DNA from: a virus
Lineage: Duplodnaviria > Heunggongvirae > Uroviricota > Caudoviricetes > Herelleviridae
DNA length: 64,000 nt
IMG/VR virus record: IMGVR_UViG_2706795462_000001
Reading direction: 5' to 3' (one strand)
Shown here: in pieces, positions 1 to 8,285 of the stretch
Layout: each line of letters begins with the position of its first letter
Numbering within the stretch: the stretch's first letter is position 1
Notes under the pieces: generated by a model
The model's database searches: none
The model's input: only the letters and a program-made list of their open reading frames with translations
What the model was told of the DNA's origin: nothing
Position numbers and translations under genes: made by a program

Positions 1-447
1 GACATTAATAATAAAGTAAAGGTCTGTATAACAAGCAGAGGTTACTTAGTTCATAGAGTCGGTGAAGGTGGTGGAACTAGTTGTTGGTCAGAGGAGCTAA
101 TGATTAAGGAAGTTTTAAGGTTACTTGAACTTACTATTGGTAAAGGTGACTATATTTCAAATGGAGAACAATCAGGAATACTTATTGAAGTAGGCAGTGA
201 AGGATATCATATTGTAAACCTTGACACTAATGGAACTATTTACTCTCAACCTAGTTCATTAGAGTACCTAGTTAATATGGGATGGGTAAAAGAAGAAGAA
301 GAATCATCTAATTTATACAATTTATTATTTGAGCTTATAGATATTCTTTCAAAACTAGCTTATGATGATTTATCTGAAAAAGAAAAATTTGATAAACGAA
401 GTGAAGCATTTCATAAAGCTATGGAAGCTAGAGAATATTTTGATTAA
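1..447 (+). CDS. hypothetical protein, 5'-partial (frame open back to window start)
   Basis: Frame of ORF 100..447 has no stop back to nt 1; followed by hairpin/promoter at 461-500. Confidence 0.5.
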   Translation, partial: DINNKVKVCITSRGYLVHRVGEGGGTSCWSEELMIKEVLRLLELTIGKGDYISNGEQSGILIEVGSEGYHIVNLDTNGTIYSQPSSLEYLVNMGWVKEEEESSNLYNLLFELIDILSKLAYDDLSEKEKFDKRSEAFHKAMEAREYFD

Positions 448-471
448 TAAGTAAAACTTTAACTCTACCTG

Positions 472-500
472 TTGACATGGGTAGAGTTTTACTATATAAT
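472..500 (+). promoter_or_regulatory. sigma-A consensus promoter TTGACA-N17-TATAAT; -35 sits in the loop of hairpin 461-488
   Basis: Exact consensus hexamers with 17-bp spacer; AACTCTACC / GGTAGAGTT stem flanks the -35. Confidence 0.6.
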
Positions 501-532
501 AAGAGTATAACAAATAAGGAGATGAATTAATA

Positions 533-1116
533 ATGGAGTATGAAAAAATGATTAAAGAGATAATGATAAACTCTAAAGAAATGTCATTAGAAGATAAAAA
601 ACATTTGTAAGAAGTTTAGCTACACAAGAAACAGACAGAGTAAAAAGAAACTATTGTAAAGATAAAAATATTAAGTTAATAGAAATAGATGCAAGAAAAA
701 CATCTTTATACTATATCTTAAATAGTATAAATTATACAGAGCTACTTAGCATACTAGAGATAAGAGAAGAAAATATTAGAGAACTACTTTATAAGTATAG
801 ATTAACGGAATCAGATAATAACATAATAAAAGAATTTAATAAATGCAGAGTATATAATGAGACAGCAAGAATGTTAGGTATAGATAATTACAGAGTAAGA
901 AGTACAATAGAAAAATATGGATTAGAATATAAGTTACTATCTAAAGAGAAAAAAGCTATTAAATGTACTACGGTAAATAAAATTTTTAATAGTATACAAG
1001 AAGCTAAAGATTGGTGTGGATTAACTTCTAATGGTTTAGAGAAAGTATTATCAGGTGAGAGGAAATATGCAGGTAAGTATAAAGGACAATATTTAGAATG
1101 GGAATATGTTGACTAA
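533..1116 (+). CDS. DNA-binding protein with homing-endonuclease-type C-terminal region, interrupted by 1-nt frameshift in A6 run at 593-598
   Basis: RBS AAGGAG then ATG 533; MEYEKMIKEIMINSKEMSLEDKK stops at 607. Frame of ORF 871..1116 is open upstream to 601 (TFVRSLATQETDRVKRNY...). One extra A at 593-598 would join the two. C-terminus FNSIQEAKDW..GLTSNGLEKVLSGERKYAGKYKGQYLEWEYV resembles homing-endonuclease DNA-binding tails; no GIY-YIG/HNH motif seen. Confidence 0.4.
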
Positions 1117-1578
1117 TGAATCAGATATACCTAGAGAATAATATTCTAGAACCTAGGAAAACTTTTATGTGCCCGTCTCGTTCAATCACTCACTACCGAC
1201 TTCCCTAACTATGTATTCTATAGTTATAATATTCATTTATTATACAATACTTAAACTATAGTATTGTAACCTTAATCTATACTGAAGCGGTATTAATCTA
1301 TTGTTATTATATAATAATCTTATATAATGGCGGTATAATCTAGGTTATTACATTAGAATCATTCTAATCTAGAATTTTAATCTTTAGACCCTAGGAAAAG
1401 TGGTACTAAAATATAGAACCCTATAGGTATGGGATTCTTATTTTTAAAATTACTAAAAAGTATTAGGTTTTCCCTAGGGTAAAGTTTTAATGTACCTAAA
1501 ATCGTAAGTAGCTCCTTATCATTTAGGTCTGTTTAATTGAGAATATTAGAAGATATCCGCTTCAATTACAATTAAAGG

Positions 1579-1607
1579 TTGACAACTATGAAGCGGTATG
1601 TTATACT
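1579..1607 (+). promoter_or_regulatory. sigma-A-type promoter TTGACA-N17-TATACT (Chi heptamer in spacer)
   Basis: Hexamers read directly. Confidence 0.45.
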
Positions 1608-1718
1608 TAGTATTGTAGGGGTGGTTCCCTACAGACCTAGACTATGGTCGTGATTTTGGTTTGCATATTAGTGTCATTCATAACCTCTATTCCAGTAGGG
1701 GTTATTTTTATTTAAGTG

Positions 1719-1747
1719 TTGACATACTCTAAGTAGTATGGTATGAT
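1719..1747 (+). promoter_or_regulatory. sigma-A-type promoter TTGACA-N17-TATGAT upstream of gene 1762
   Basis: Hexamers read directly. Confidence 0.5.
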
Positions 1748-1761
1748 TAGTATATAAGGAG

Positions 1762-2067
1762 ATGAATAATATGATTGATATATACTTAGGGGAAAACTAT
1801 AATACTGATTACTTATCTACTATTATGAATATTATAAAGACTTCCGCTTCAAGAGAGTTAAGTTATGGGTTTAATAATAAAGAAGCGGATGTAAATATAG
1901 AGGATATGAAGTATGAAGGTGATGTTCTGCATGTATATGGTACGATGTCTATGGATTATCCAGGCTGTATTATTATATGTATTACTAGAGATGAGACTAA
2001 GGTTATACATGGTGGTAACTTTCTAACAGGTACAGGTCTTAGTCAAGAAGTTAGAGAAAAATTCTAG
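1762..2067 (+). CDS. hypothetical early protein, tandem paralog family A (member 1)
   Basis: RBS TAAGGAGATGA; N-terminus MIDIYLGENY..TSASRELSYGFN shared with 4 downstream paralogs. Confidence 0.65.
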   Translation: MNNMIDIYLGENYNTDYLSTIMNIIKTSASRELSYGFNNKEADVNIEDMKYEGDVLHVYGTMSMDYPGCIIICITRDETKVIHGGNFLTGTGLSQEVREKF

Positions 2068-2078
2068 GGGGAGTTATT

Positions 2079-2249
2079 ATGATTATACCATTAATTATAT
2101 TCATGATGACCTTCGGTACATTTGCATTCAGTTATGTTGCACATGATGCATACAAAGTAGATGAAAAAGGTATCATGTATGCTATGGTAGTTGGTATTGT
2201 AGTTATAAATGGGATTGGTTTAGAAATGATAATTGTAGAATGTTTATAA
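2079..2249 (+). CDS. small hydrophobic membrane peptide (53 aa)
   Basis: RBS AGGGGGAG then ATG; MIIPLIIFMMTFGTFAF.. with two hydrophobic segments. Confidence 0.4.
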   Translation: MIIPLIIFMMTFGTFAFSYVAHDAYKVDEKGIMYAMVVGIVVINGIGLEMIIVECL

Positions 2250-2262
2250 AGGAGGTAGTAAA

Positions 2263-2448
2263 ATGATAGGTCAAATTATACTATTAGCTATTGTTAGTAT
2301 AGTTACAATAGGTTGTGTAGGATTATTTTTCTATGAGACGTTCAAGAGTATTAAGTATGATGCTAATGATAAAATCTTTATGATTACTGGGAGTATATTA
2401 ATGTTAGTTATTATCGTTAGTGGTGCATTAGCTATACTTGGCATTTAG
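2263..2448 (+). CDS. small membrane protein (61 aa)
   Basis: RBS AAGGAGGTAG then ATG; two TM-like segments. Confidence 0.5.
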   Translation: MIGQIILLAIVSIVTIGCVGLFFYETFKSIKYDANDKIFMITGSILMLVIIVSGALAILGI

Positions 2449-2716
2449 AGCTCATTTAAGAAGCGGTTAAGTAGTTCATGATAAATTGGTCTAGAAATAT
2501 ATGACCGCTTCTCTATGGAAGGCTGAGAGGGTTTAGAATTGAAAGGAGAGATATAATGGCTATATTTTTTAGTATTTTATTATTGATTAACATATACTTA
2601 ATATACTATGAATGTACTTCAGTTACGTTTGATTGGTGTGCACTGCTTATTTACGTATGCTCATTATGCTCTTGTATTTATTTAATAGTATATTTTGTAT
2701 AAAAGGAGGAGATATA

Positions 2717-3031
2717 ATGCAAGCAACTATATACTGTGCTAATAGGTATAGTAAAAATACATTAAAGAGTCTTTTAGAAAAATTAGAAGCGGAGAATAGA
2801 AACTTAACATATAGTACTGACATATCAGATATGGAGGAAGTGGATGTTATTGTACAACACACTGACTTATCTTTTGCAGAGTTAATGGATTCTTGTGATA
2901 GAGTAAGTAAAGGGTCTGACCGCTTCCAAGTATTTGTAGGTAATCACGCAGGGTATTATATAAACGGTGATTTATATATTAACGAAGTAGGTAAGTTTAT
3001 TGTACCTAGGAAAACGAATATGATGATGTAA
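2717..3031 (+). CDS. hypothetical early protein, paralog family A (member 2)
   Basis: Start moved to ATG 2717 after RBS AAAGGAGGAG; MQATIYCANRY..NRNLTYSTD aligns with the family. Confidence 0.6.
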   Translation: MQATIYCANRYSKNTLKSLLEKLEAENRNLTYSTDISDMEEVDVIVQHTDLSFAELMDSCDRVSKGSDRFQVFVGNHAGYYINGDLYINEVGKFIVPRKTNMMM

Positions 3032-3043
3032 GGAGGAAATATA

Positions 3044-3334
3044 ATGATTCATATATTTGTAAAAGAGGATTATAATAAAGAAACATTAAGGAGTTTACTT
3101 GAATATATTAATGATACTGTAGGTAGGGAATTAACTTATGGTATTAATACAGACTATGATAAGGATGTAGTGATTGAAACCGATGACCCTATAGATGAGG
3201 AGAATACGATTGATTTATCAAATCTTCCTCACTTTAAAGATGACTTATGTATTCTTATAGAAGAATTATACTGTAAGGCATTTGTTAATGGGGAACCTAT
3301 TATTATACGTAAGTATGTAGAGGGGATGTTATAA
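3044..3334 (+). CDS. hypothetical early protein, paralog family A (member 3)
   Basis: RBS AAGGAGGAAAT; MIHIFVKEDY..GRELTYGIN. Confidence 0.65.
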   Translation: MIHIFVKEDYNKETLRSLLEYINDTVGRELTYGINTDYDKDVVIETDDPIDEENTIDLSNLPHFKDDLCILIEELYCKAFVNGEPIIIRKYVEGML

Positions 3335-3621
3335 TGATTATAATATTTTTAACTGAAAAATATGATGCCAAGGCTTTAAAGAAAGTATTAGAACATATTG
3401 ATAATTGTAGTAGCAGAGGTCTTAGCTATTTAATGGGAAAAGGAGAAGCGGATGTATGTATAGAGAAGAATGTATTCAGAGAAAGAGATGATGTAAGGAT
3501 TAACTCAAACATTATTGATGAAGGTAAACTTTGTATACTCATAAATAAAAATGGTTTAGAATGTAGTTACTATAGAGGTGTATCATGTAATATTGGTGCC
3601 TTTGTAAAGGAGAGATTATAA
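3334..3621 (+). CDS. hypothetical early protein, paralog family A (member 4)
   Basis: MIIIFLTEKY..SSRGLSYLMGKGEADV; start overlaps preceding stop. Confidence 0.65.
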   Translation: MIIIFLTEKYDAKALKKVLEHIDNCSSRGLSYLMGKGEADVCIEKNVFRERDDVRINSNIIDEGKLCILINKNGLECSYYRGVSCNIGAFVKERL

Positions 3622-3914
3622 TGATAGAAATATATCTCAGTGAAAACTATGATAGGGATTTACTCAAAGCAGAATTAAAATGGATTAAAGAGACCGCTTC
3701 AAGAGAACTAACTTATGATGTTAATAGAAGCCCAGGATTAGATGTACATATTAGTCCTTTTAGATATACCAAGGATGAGGTTGAAGAAATGAGCTTACAT
3801 CCTCAGTTTGAAGATGATGTATGTGTATTTATAGCTGAAACATGGATACATGAGTATCGTAATGGTAAATCAATAGGTGTAGATAGTATGGAAGAATATG
3901 TAAAGGAGATGTAA
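3621..3914 (+). CDS. hypothetical early protein, paralog family A (member 5)
   Basis: MIEIYLSENY..TASRELTYDVN; RBS AAAGGAGAG. Confidence 0.65.
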   Translation: MIEIYLSENYDRDLLKAELKWIKETASRELTYDVNRSPGLDVHISPFRYTKDEVEEMSLHPQFEDDVCVFIAETWIHEYRNGKSIGVDSMEEYVKEM

Positions 3915-3917
3915 TTA

Positions 3918-4166
3918 ATGGTAGAAACTTATTATACAGTATATCATAAGAATAGTATGAAAACTATTAAGGATTACTTAAGTAGAAGTGATTTAATTGA
4001 CTTCTTATATAAGACTTGGCATAAGGATATAAGTAATATATACCCAACAGATTATACTACGTATGAAACAAAATTCTGTATAGACATAGATGTAGTTAGA
4101 TTAATTGAAGCGGTTAATGAAGAAGGTGTATTACTTATTAATGAAGGTAATATTGTAGAGTGGTAG
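3918..4166 (+). CDS. hypothetical early protein, paralog family B (member 1)
   Basis: RBS AAGGAGATG; ..TYYTVYHKNS.. motif shared with next two genes. Confidence 0.6.
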   Translation: MVETYYTVYHKNSMKTIKDYLSRSDLIDFLYKTWHKDISNIYPTDYTTYETKFCIDIDVVRLIEAVNEEGVLLINEGNIVEW

Positions 4167-4178
4167 GAGGAGATAAAT

Positions 4179-4418
4179 ATGAGTCAGTTTTTCACGTATA
4201 CAGTGTATCATACAGAAACAGCTAAAGTAGTAGCTAAGAATTTGTTTGATGCATCATTGGTGCACCTTATTAACAAGATGATAGAGAAAGATATAGTTAA
4301 GGATATTAATTTAGAATATTACATGAATACACGTGGTGTAGTTATAGATATGAGTAGACTACTGGATGATATAGAATCACAGGGTGTATTTCTATTCAAA
4401 CGTAAGCTACATGGATAA
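4179..4418 (+). CDS. hypothetical early protein, paralog family B (member 2)
   Basis: RBS GGAGGAG; MSQFFTYTVYHTETAKVVA..; about 40 percent identity by eye to 4530..4769. Confidence 0.65.
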   Translation: MSQFFTYTVYHTETAKVVAKNLFDASLVHLINKMIEKDIVKDINLEYYMNTRGVVIDMSRLLDDIESQGVFLFKRKLHG

Positions 4419-4451
4419 TAGGTTAGACCCTAAAAAGTTTGAGATACAATA

Positions 4452-4497
4452 GGATGCTTAGGATAATAGGATAAAAATAACTTAGGATGCTTAGGAT
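4452..4497 (+). repeat. Direct repeat GGATGCTTAGGAT x2 (plus extra TAGGAT copies) in the intergenic region
   Basis: Copies at 4452-4464 and 4485-4497. Confidence 0.7.
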
Positions 4498-4529
4498 GAA
4501 ATACGATACGATAGGGAGGTTAAGTTAAG

Positions 4530-4769
4530 ATGCAAGAGTTAATAACTTATATAATTTACCATAAAGAATCAGGTAAAGTAGTAGCACAGGATTTAAGTGA
4601 ATTAGAAACTATTGAACTTATATACAAAATGATAGAAGAGGGATTAGTAAAAGATATAGAATTATCTAACTACCGTCTTTTTAGTGGGAATATAGATATA
4701 CTTAACTTATTAGTAGACATACGTAAACAAGGTATATTTGATTTTGAACATACTTGGCACACAAGATAA
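4530..4769 (+). CDS. hypothetical early protein, paralog family B (member 3)
   Basis: RBS GGGAGG; MQELITYIIYHKESGKVVA.. paralog of 4179..4418. Confidence 0.65.
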   Translation: MQELITYIIYHKESGKVVAQDLSELETIELIYKMIEEGLVKDIELSNYRLFSGNIDILNLLVDIRKQGIFDFEHTWHTR

Positions 4770-4780
4770 GGAGGGATAGG

Positions 4781-5125
4781 ATGATAGTTATATATTCAGA
4801 TGAGTCTAGGGATTACTTAAGAGATGAGTTCTTACCTTGGCTTAATGATAGAGATAGATATTTAAAATATTATAAGAATGAGTTACCTGAAGATATAGAC
4901 TCTTCTTATGTTGTATCAGTTGTATACTGTAGGGATATGGAAGGTCTTATGAATAGGAAAGATATTCTTATTGGTAATAGTTATAGAGAGCCTGTAGCTG
5001 TATTAGGTGTTCCTGAATTTTTTGGTAACTATTCTAATTATTACTATTATAAAGGAGAGCATATAAGTAAGCATGACCTAGGAGAGATAATTAGGTTAAA
5101 GGCTTGGCAACGTAATTTTGACTAA
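4781..5125 (+). CDS. hypothetical early protein
   Basis: RBS AAGGAGGG 4768-4775 then ATG 4781 (MIVIYSDESRDY..); ORF-track start 4754 lacks an RBS. Confidence 0.55.
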   Translation: MIVIYSDESRDYLRDEFLPWLNDRDRYLKYYKNELPEDIDSSYVVSVVYCRDMEGLMNRKDILIGNSYREPVAVLGVPEFFGNYSNYYYYKGEHISKHDLGEIIRLKAWQRNFD

Positions 5126-5204
5126 GTAGCTCTCTCTAATTTCACTAAGTAGCTCCCTAGGAATTGCCTAAGTAGCTCGGTGTGATTTTACCCTAAGTAG
5201 CTCC
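5123..5204 (+). repeat. Four direct copies of CTAAGTAGCTC at 22-25-bp spacing (iteron-like)
   Basis: Starts 5123, 5145, 5168, 5193. Confidence 0.8.
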
Positions 5205-5325
5205 CTCTGTTTTCTATTAGTTTATTTTAACCGCTTCACGTGTCTATATATAGACAATCGGAATAATAGCAGACCGCAAAAAGAAATACACTAGGATATT
5301 ATTCCCAGTGTATTGTATAATTTTT

Positions 5326-5664
5326 TTATAGAATATTTATAACATTGTATTCAAATTCATTTACTTCATGTTGTGATTTAATTAAATTTTTAATTAATCC
5401 GTTTTGTGTTTTATAGTCTTTTACTAGTTTTTCATTTTCTATAATTAAATTATTAAATTCTTCTTTTGTTGTATCCTCATCTACATAAAATTTACTTTCA
5501 TATATTTCATAATATTTTTTATCTGTTCCGTTATCAATATCATCTGATATTTGATAATTTTTGAATACAATTTCTTTTGTTTCTAATTCATTTACTAATA
5601 ATTGTGATTTTGCATATTGTAATACGTCTTCATTGTCCCACATTGGAATATAGTTTATTTTCAT
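5326..5664 (-). CDS. hypothetical protein (only minus-strand gene inside the plus-strand early block)
   Basis: 112-aa ORF; flanked by the CTAAGTAGCTC iterons (5123-5204) and promoter 5875-5903. Confidence 0.5.
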   Translation of the reverse strand: MKINYIPMWDNEDVLQYAKSQLLVNELETKEIVFKNYQISDDIDNGTDKKYYEIYESKFYVDEDTTKEEFNNLIIENEKLVKDYKTQNGLIKNLIKSQHEVNEFEYNVINIL

Positions 5665-5874
5665 TTAAATCAAATCCTTTTCTATAATTTTTTTATATAA
5701 TATTTGTAGAAGCGGTTGGGGTTTGTCCCTTGCCTTACTACACTTAATATATTACAGTATAGTTATTCAGAAGTCAATACTTTTGAGTAACTTTTTTTTA
5801 AATTCTTTTTTCTTCTATATAATAGTAGTTTTTAGCCCTAAAAAAAGTTTTTTAAAAGAATTTACATTTTCTTA

Positions 5875-5903
5875 TTGACTTATTAATCATATGATAGTAA
5901 TAT
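5875..5903 (+). promoter_or_regulatory. early promoter TTGACT-N17-TAATAT with upstream A6GTTTTTTAAAA tract
   Basis: Same architecture as the other promoters in this family. Confidence 0.55.
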
Positions 5904-5976
5904 AAAGGTACAGCAAGAGAACAGCAACAAGGTATTAGAATTATATAAAAAAATTATTTAATTGGAGATGATTTAA

Positions 5977-6285
5977 ATGGATGTAAAAGAAATTGCAGAC
6001 ACTATAATGGAGTTGTGGCAAATGGACGGATACAGATGTACAGAACCGCCATTATATGAAAGCACATTAAACCACACACGCACATATACGGCTTTAATCG
6101 TAAGCATTAAGGGAAACTATGACACTGTTCAAATGTTCCGTAAAACGCCTATAATGAGCATGAGAGGGCAAGCGCAACCGGCTAGCATGTTAGTAAATGT
6201 AATTGATGACGTGATTATAATCGTATATGAAAATACGGTTTACGGGGTACAGAATAAAGAAATAAAATTTATTGAAGAAATTTAA
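5977..6285 (+). CDS. hypothetical early protein
   Basis: Promoter 5875-5903 and RBS TGGAGATGA upstream; 102 aa. Confidence 0.6.
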   Translation: MDVKEIADTIMELWQMDGYRCTEPPLYESTLNHTRTYTALIVSIKGNYDTVQMFRKTPIMSMRGQAQPASMLVNVIDDVIIIVYENTVYGVQNKEIKFIEEI

Positions 6286-6384
6286 AAATAGGGGTTGCAA
6301 TACCCCTTAAGATGTAGTAATATAATAGATGTAAGGGATAGCAACACACCTTAAAAAACTTTTTAAAAAAGTTAAAGAAAAGTG

Positions 6385-6413
6385 TTGACACCTTACAAGA
6401 TACATGTTAATAT
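6385..6413 (+). promoter_or_regulatory. early promoter TTGACA-N17-TAATAT with upstream AAAAAACTTTTTAAAAAAG
   Basis: Family member. Confidence 0.6.
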
Positions 6414-6490
6414 TAGTATAGAAGTTAAGACAAGCCACATAGCAAATAACGAAATTAAATAAAAAAATTATAGAATAGGATTTGATTATT

Positions 6491-6778
6491 ATGACAAACA
6501 AAAATTACTTATACGAAGAAACTCACACAGTACAAGGGCAAGACATTACGGCTTTCAGAATTCCAAATGACACAAACGGCAACCCACGTTATGTAGTGCA
6601 TTTCATGGATTTAGACATTAAACTAGCAGACTATGACAACATCAATAAGCTATACGGATTTAAAAAATATACTGCTAAATGGTTTGGCGGTGGTGTAGTA
6701 TTCCAAAGCTATAATATTGAAGATACATTAAATTACGCACTATCTAATGTTAAAGAAATAGAAGCGGTTAAGAATTAA
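6491..6778 (+). CDS. hypothetical early protein
   Basis: Conserved cassette AGGATTTGATTATTATG; ATG 6491 (MTNKNYLYEE..); promoter 6385-6413. Confidence 0.6.
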   Translation: MTNKNYLYEETHTVQGQDITAFRIPNDTNGNPRYVVHFMDLDIKLADYDNINKLYGFKKYTAKWFGGGVVFQSYNIEDTLNYALSNVKEIEAVKN

Positions 6779-6827
6779 AACCGCTTCTGAATTAAATAAA
6801 AAAATTATATAAAAAGGATATGATATT

Positions 6828-7019
6828 ATGAAATTTAAAATAGAAAAAAATAACAGTGATATAAAAACTTTATGGAATTTAGCTAAAAATGGATATATGA
6901 GTTATCAAACTGTACACAATATATTTAAAAATGAATCAGATGAATTTATTATATTTAACAGTAAACAAACTTATAATAAATTTATGGAATTAAGATATAA
7001 TAGAAGTGCAATTCAATAG
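6828..7019 (+). CDS. hypothetical early protein (63 aa)
   Basis: RBS AAAGGATATG; followed by terminator 7039-7075. Confidence 0.5.
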   Translation: MKFKIEKNNSDIKTLWNLAKNGYMSYQTVHNIFKNESDEFIIFNSKQTYNKFMELRYNRSAIQ

Positions 7020-7038
7020 TATAAAAAAGTTATATAAT

Positions 7039-7075
7039 TCCCTAGGATTAAATTCCTAGGGATTTTTATTTGTTT
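7039..7075 (+). terminator. rho-independent terminator
   Basis: TCCCTAGGA-ttaaat-TCCTAGGGA hairpin plus T-run. Confidence 0.6.
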
Positions 7076-7126
7076 TAATTTATATAAAAAAATTATTTAA
7101 TAAATAAATTAGTGTAAAATTGACTG

Positions 7127-7156
7127 TTGACAAGGTTGTATTTTTTATGGTATAAT
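7127..7156 (+). promoter_or_regulatory. promoter TTGACA-N18-TGgTATAAT (extended -10); no protein gene downstream
   Basis: Consensus hexamers; downstream is a repeated non-coding cassette. Confidence 0.5.
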
Positions 7157-7215
7157 GAAGTGAAGACCTTTTTTAGTATAAAAAAATTATTATATAAAAA
7201 ATTTATATTAAATGG
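7127..7215 (+). repeat. Non-coding cassette (promoter + GAAGTGAAGACCTTTTTTAGTATAAAAAAATTATTATATAAAAAA), copy 1
   Basis: Near-duplicate of 8730-8820. Confidence 0.6.
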
Positions 7216-7536
7216 TTTTAAAACCGCTCTTTCTCCCCACCTTGTCATATTTATAGTGGAAGGGTTAGGCGGGTTACCACTGTTTTACTTTCTATATATA
7301 GTATACTATGAATAATGGTAATTGTCAACACCTTTCAGAAACTTTTTTTACTTTCTTTTATTATTATATAAAAAAATTATACATATTTTAGGGCTCCACT
7401 TCCATTATATAATAATTCGGTCTTAATGTCAATACTTTTATTCAAAAAAGTTTTTTAAATTAATTTCAACAAATCTATTGACTTATGTTTTTTTCTATAG
7501 TAATATATAGGTATACCAACAAGGGAGGCAATACAA

Positions 7537-7695
7537 ATGCTAAAATTTAAATGGAAAAACAAAACAATCAAATCAACTCAAAAAACGGATAACATTATTT
7601 TACTTCTTATAGGTGGTTTAGTTGCAACAGTCACGCCTAAACTTGTAAACTGGTTTTTACTACTACAAGATAATATAAATATTTTTTTAAGATAA
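7537..7695 (+). CDS. small membrane peptide (52 aa)
   Basis: RBS AAGGGAGG then ATG 7537; MLKFKWKNKTIKSTQKTDNIILLLIGGLVATV.. Confidence 0.4.
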   Translation: MLKFKWKNKTIKSTQKTDNIILLLIGGLVATVTPKLVNWFLLLQDNINIFLR

Positions 7696-7698
7696 CTA

Positions 7699-7727
7699 TT
7701 GACAACTTAGAAACAACGTGTTAATAT
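7699..7727 (+). promoter_or_regulatory. early promoter TTGACA-N17-TAATAT
   Basis: Family member. Confidence 0.55.
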
Positions 7728-7794
7728 TAAGATACAAGGTAAGGGAAGCGGTTGACCGCTTCCGACCTAAATAAAAAAAAGTTTAAAAAAACTA

Positions 7795-7823
7795 TTGACA
7801 GTCACTTGAAACCATGATATTAT
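7795..7823 (+). promoter_or_regulatory. early promoter TTGACA-N17-TATTAT with upstream A8GTTTAAAAAA
   Basis: Family member; gene 7863 follows. Confidence 0.6.
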
Positions 7824-7862
7824 TAAGATAACAAAAAACAAACAGAAAAGGAATTGATTATA

Positions 7863-8186
7863 ATGAAATTTATCAAAACTATCGAAAACTTATTAGAAAA
7901 AGCAGAAAACAAAGGGCAAGCAATTTTAAACGGTCGTTACTTTGACGGGTATAGCAAAGGTGAGCTTGAGGAAAAATATGCAATTGAAATTGATGGCAAC
8001 AAATTGATTATGCGTCACTGGGGTACACAAACAATTGAGATTGACTTAAGCATAAATGAGATTGTTTCATATTACGGTGAAAGCAATTCAGACCGTGACA
8101 GTTTAAACACACTTGTATATTGCTTAGGAATTGCGCCAAACTTTAGATACTTACCAAGCAAAAACTTATTCATTTACGAAAATTAA
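7863..8186 (+). CDS. hypothetical early protein
   Basis: Promoter 7795-7823; cassette AAAGGAATTGATTATAATG; ATG 7863 (MKFIKTIENL..). Confidence 0.65.
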   Translation: MKFIKTIENLLEKAENKGQAILNGRYFDGYSKGELEEKYAIEIDGNKLIMRHWGTQTIEIDLSINEIVSYYGESNSDRDSLNTLVYCLGIAPNFRYLPSKNLFIYEN

Positions 8187-8199
8187 TTAAATAAAGGGC

Positions 8200-8228
8200 T
8201 TGACTTCCAAGCCCTACCATGTTATTAT
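8200..8228 (+). promoter_or_regulatory. early promoter TTGACT-N17-TATTAT; -35 inside hairpin 8195-8215
   Basis: AGGGCTTG/CAAGCCCT stem encloses the -35. Confidence 0.6.
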
Positions 8229-8285
8229 TAAATTGTAAGGTAATCAAGCACAACGACAAAATAAACTGAAAAGGAATTGATGAAA

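Noticed and set aside
2647-2862. Antisense and overlapping ORFs (2647-2862 -, 6307-6501 -, 8228-8473 -, 9004-9255 -, 12132-12314 +, 14694-14897 +, 14911-15120 +, 16232-16432 +, 18650-18838 +, 24126-24308 +, 24681-24872 +, 34586-34768 +, 37183-37365 -, 37833-38036 +, 46963-47178 -, 48132-48515 -, 48275-48490 -, 48593-48865 +, 49128-49385 -, 51456-51713 -, 52371-52937 -, 54923-55156 -, 54991-55182 +, 55769-55963 -, 56103-56327 -, 58103-58384 -, 60211-60396 +, 63303-63731 -)
   Set aside because: Each lies inside and opposite to, or out of frame with, a longer well-supported gene. They lack an RBS and have composition typical of shadow ORFs in AT-rich DNA.
5123-5204. CRISPR array
   Set aside because: Only four 11-bp repeats with irregular 11-14-bp spacers that resemble each other; no cas genes. 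An iteron-like binding-site array is more plausible.
7127-7315. ORF 7127..7315 and ORF 8762..8992 as protein-coding genes
   Set aside because: They begin inside consensus promoters and lack an RBS. They run through poly-A/T repeated cassettes and encode low-complexity F/L/Y/K-rich peptides. Treated as non-coding.
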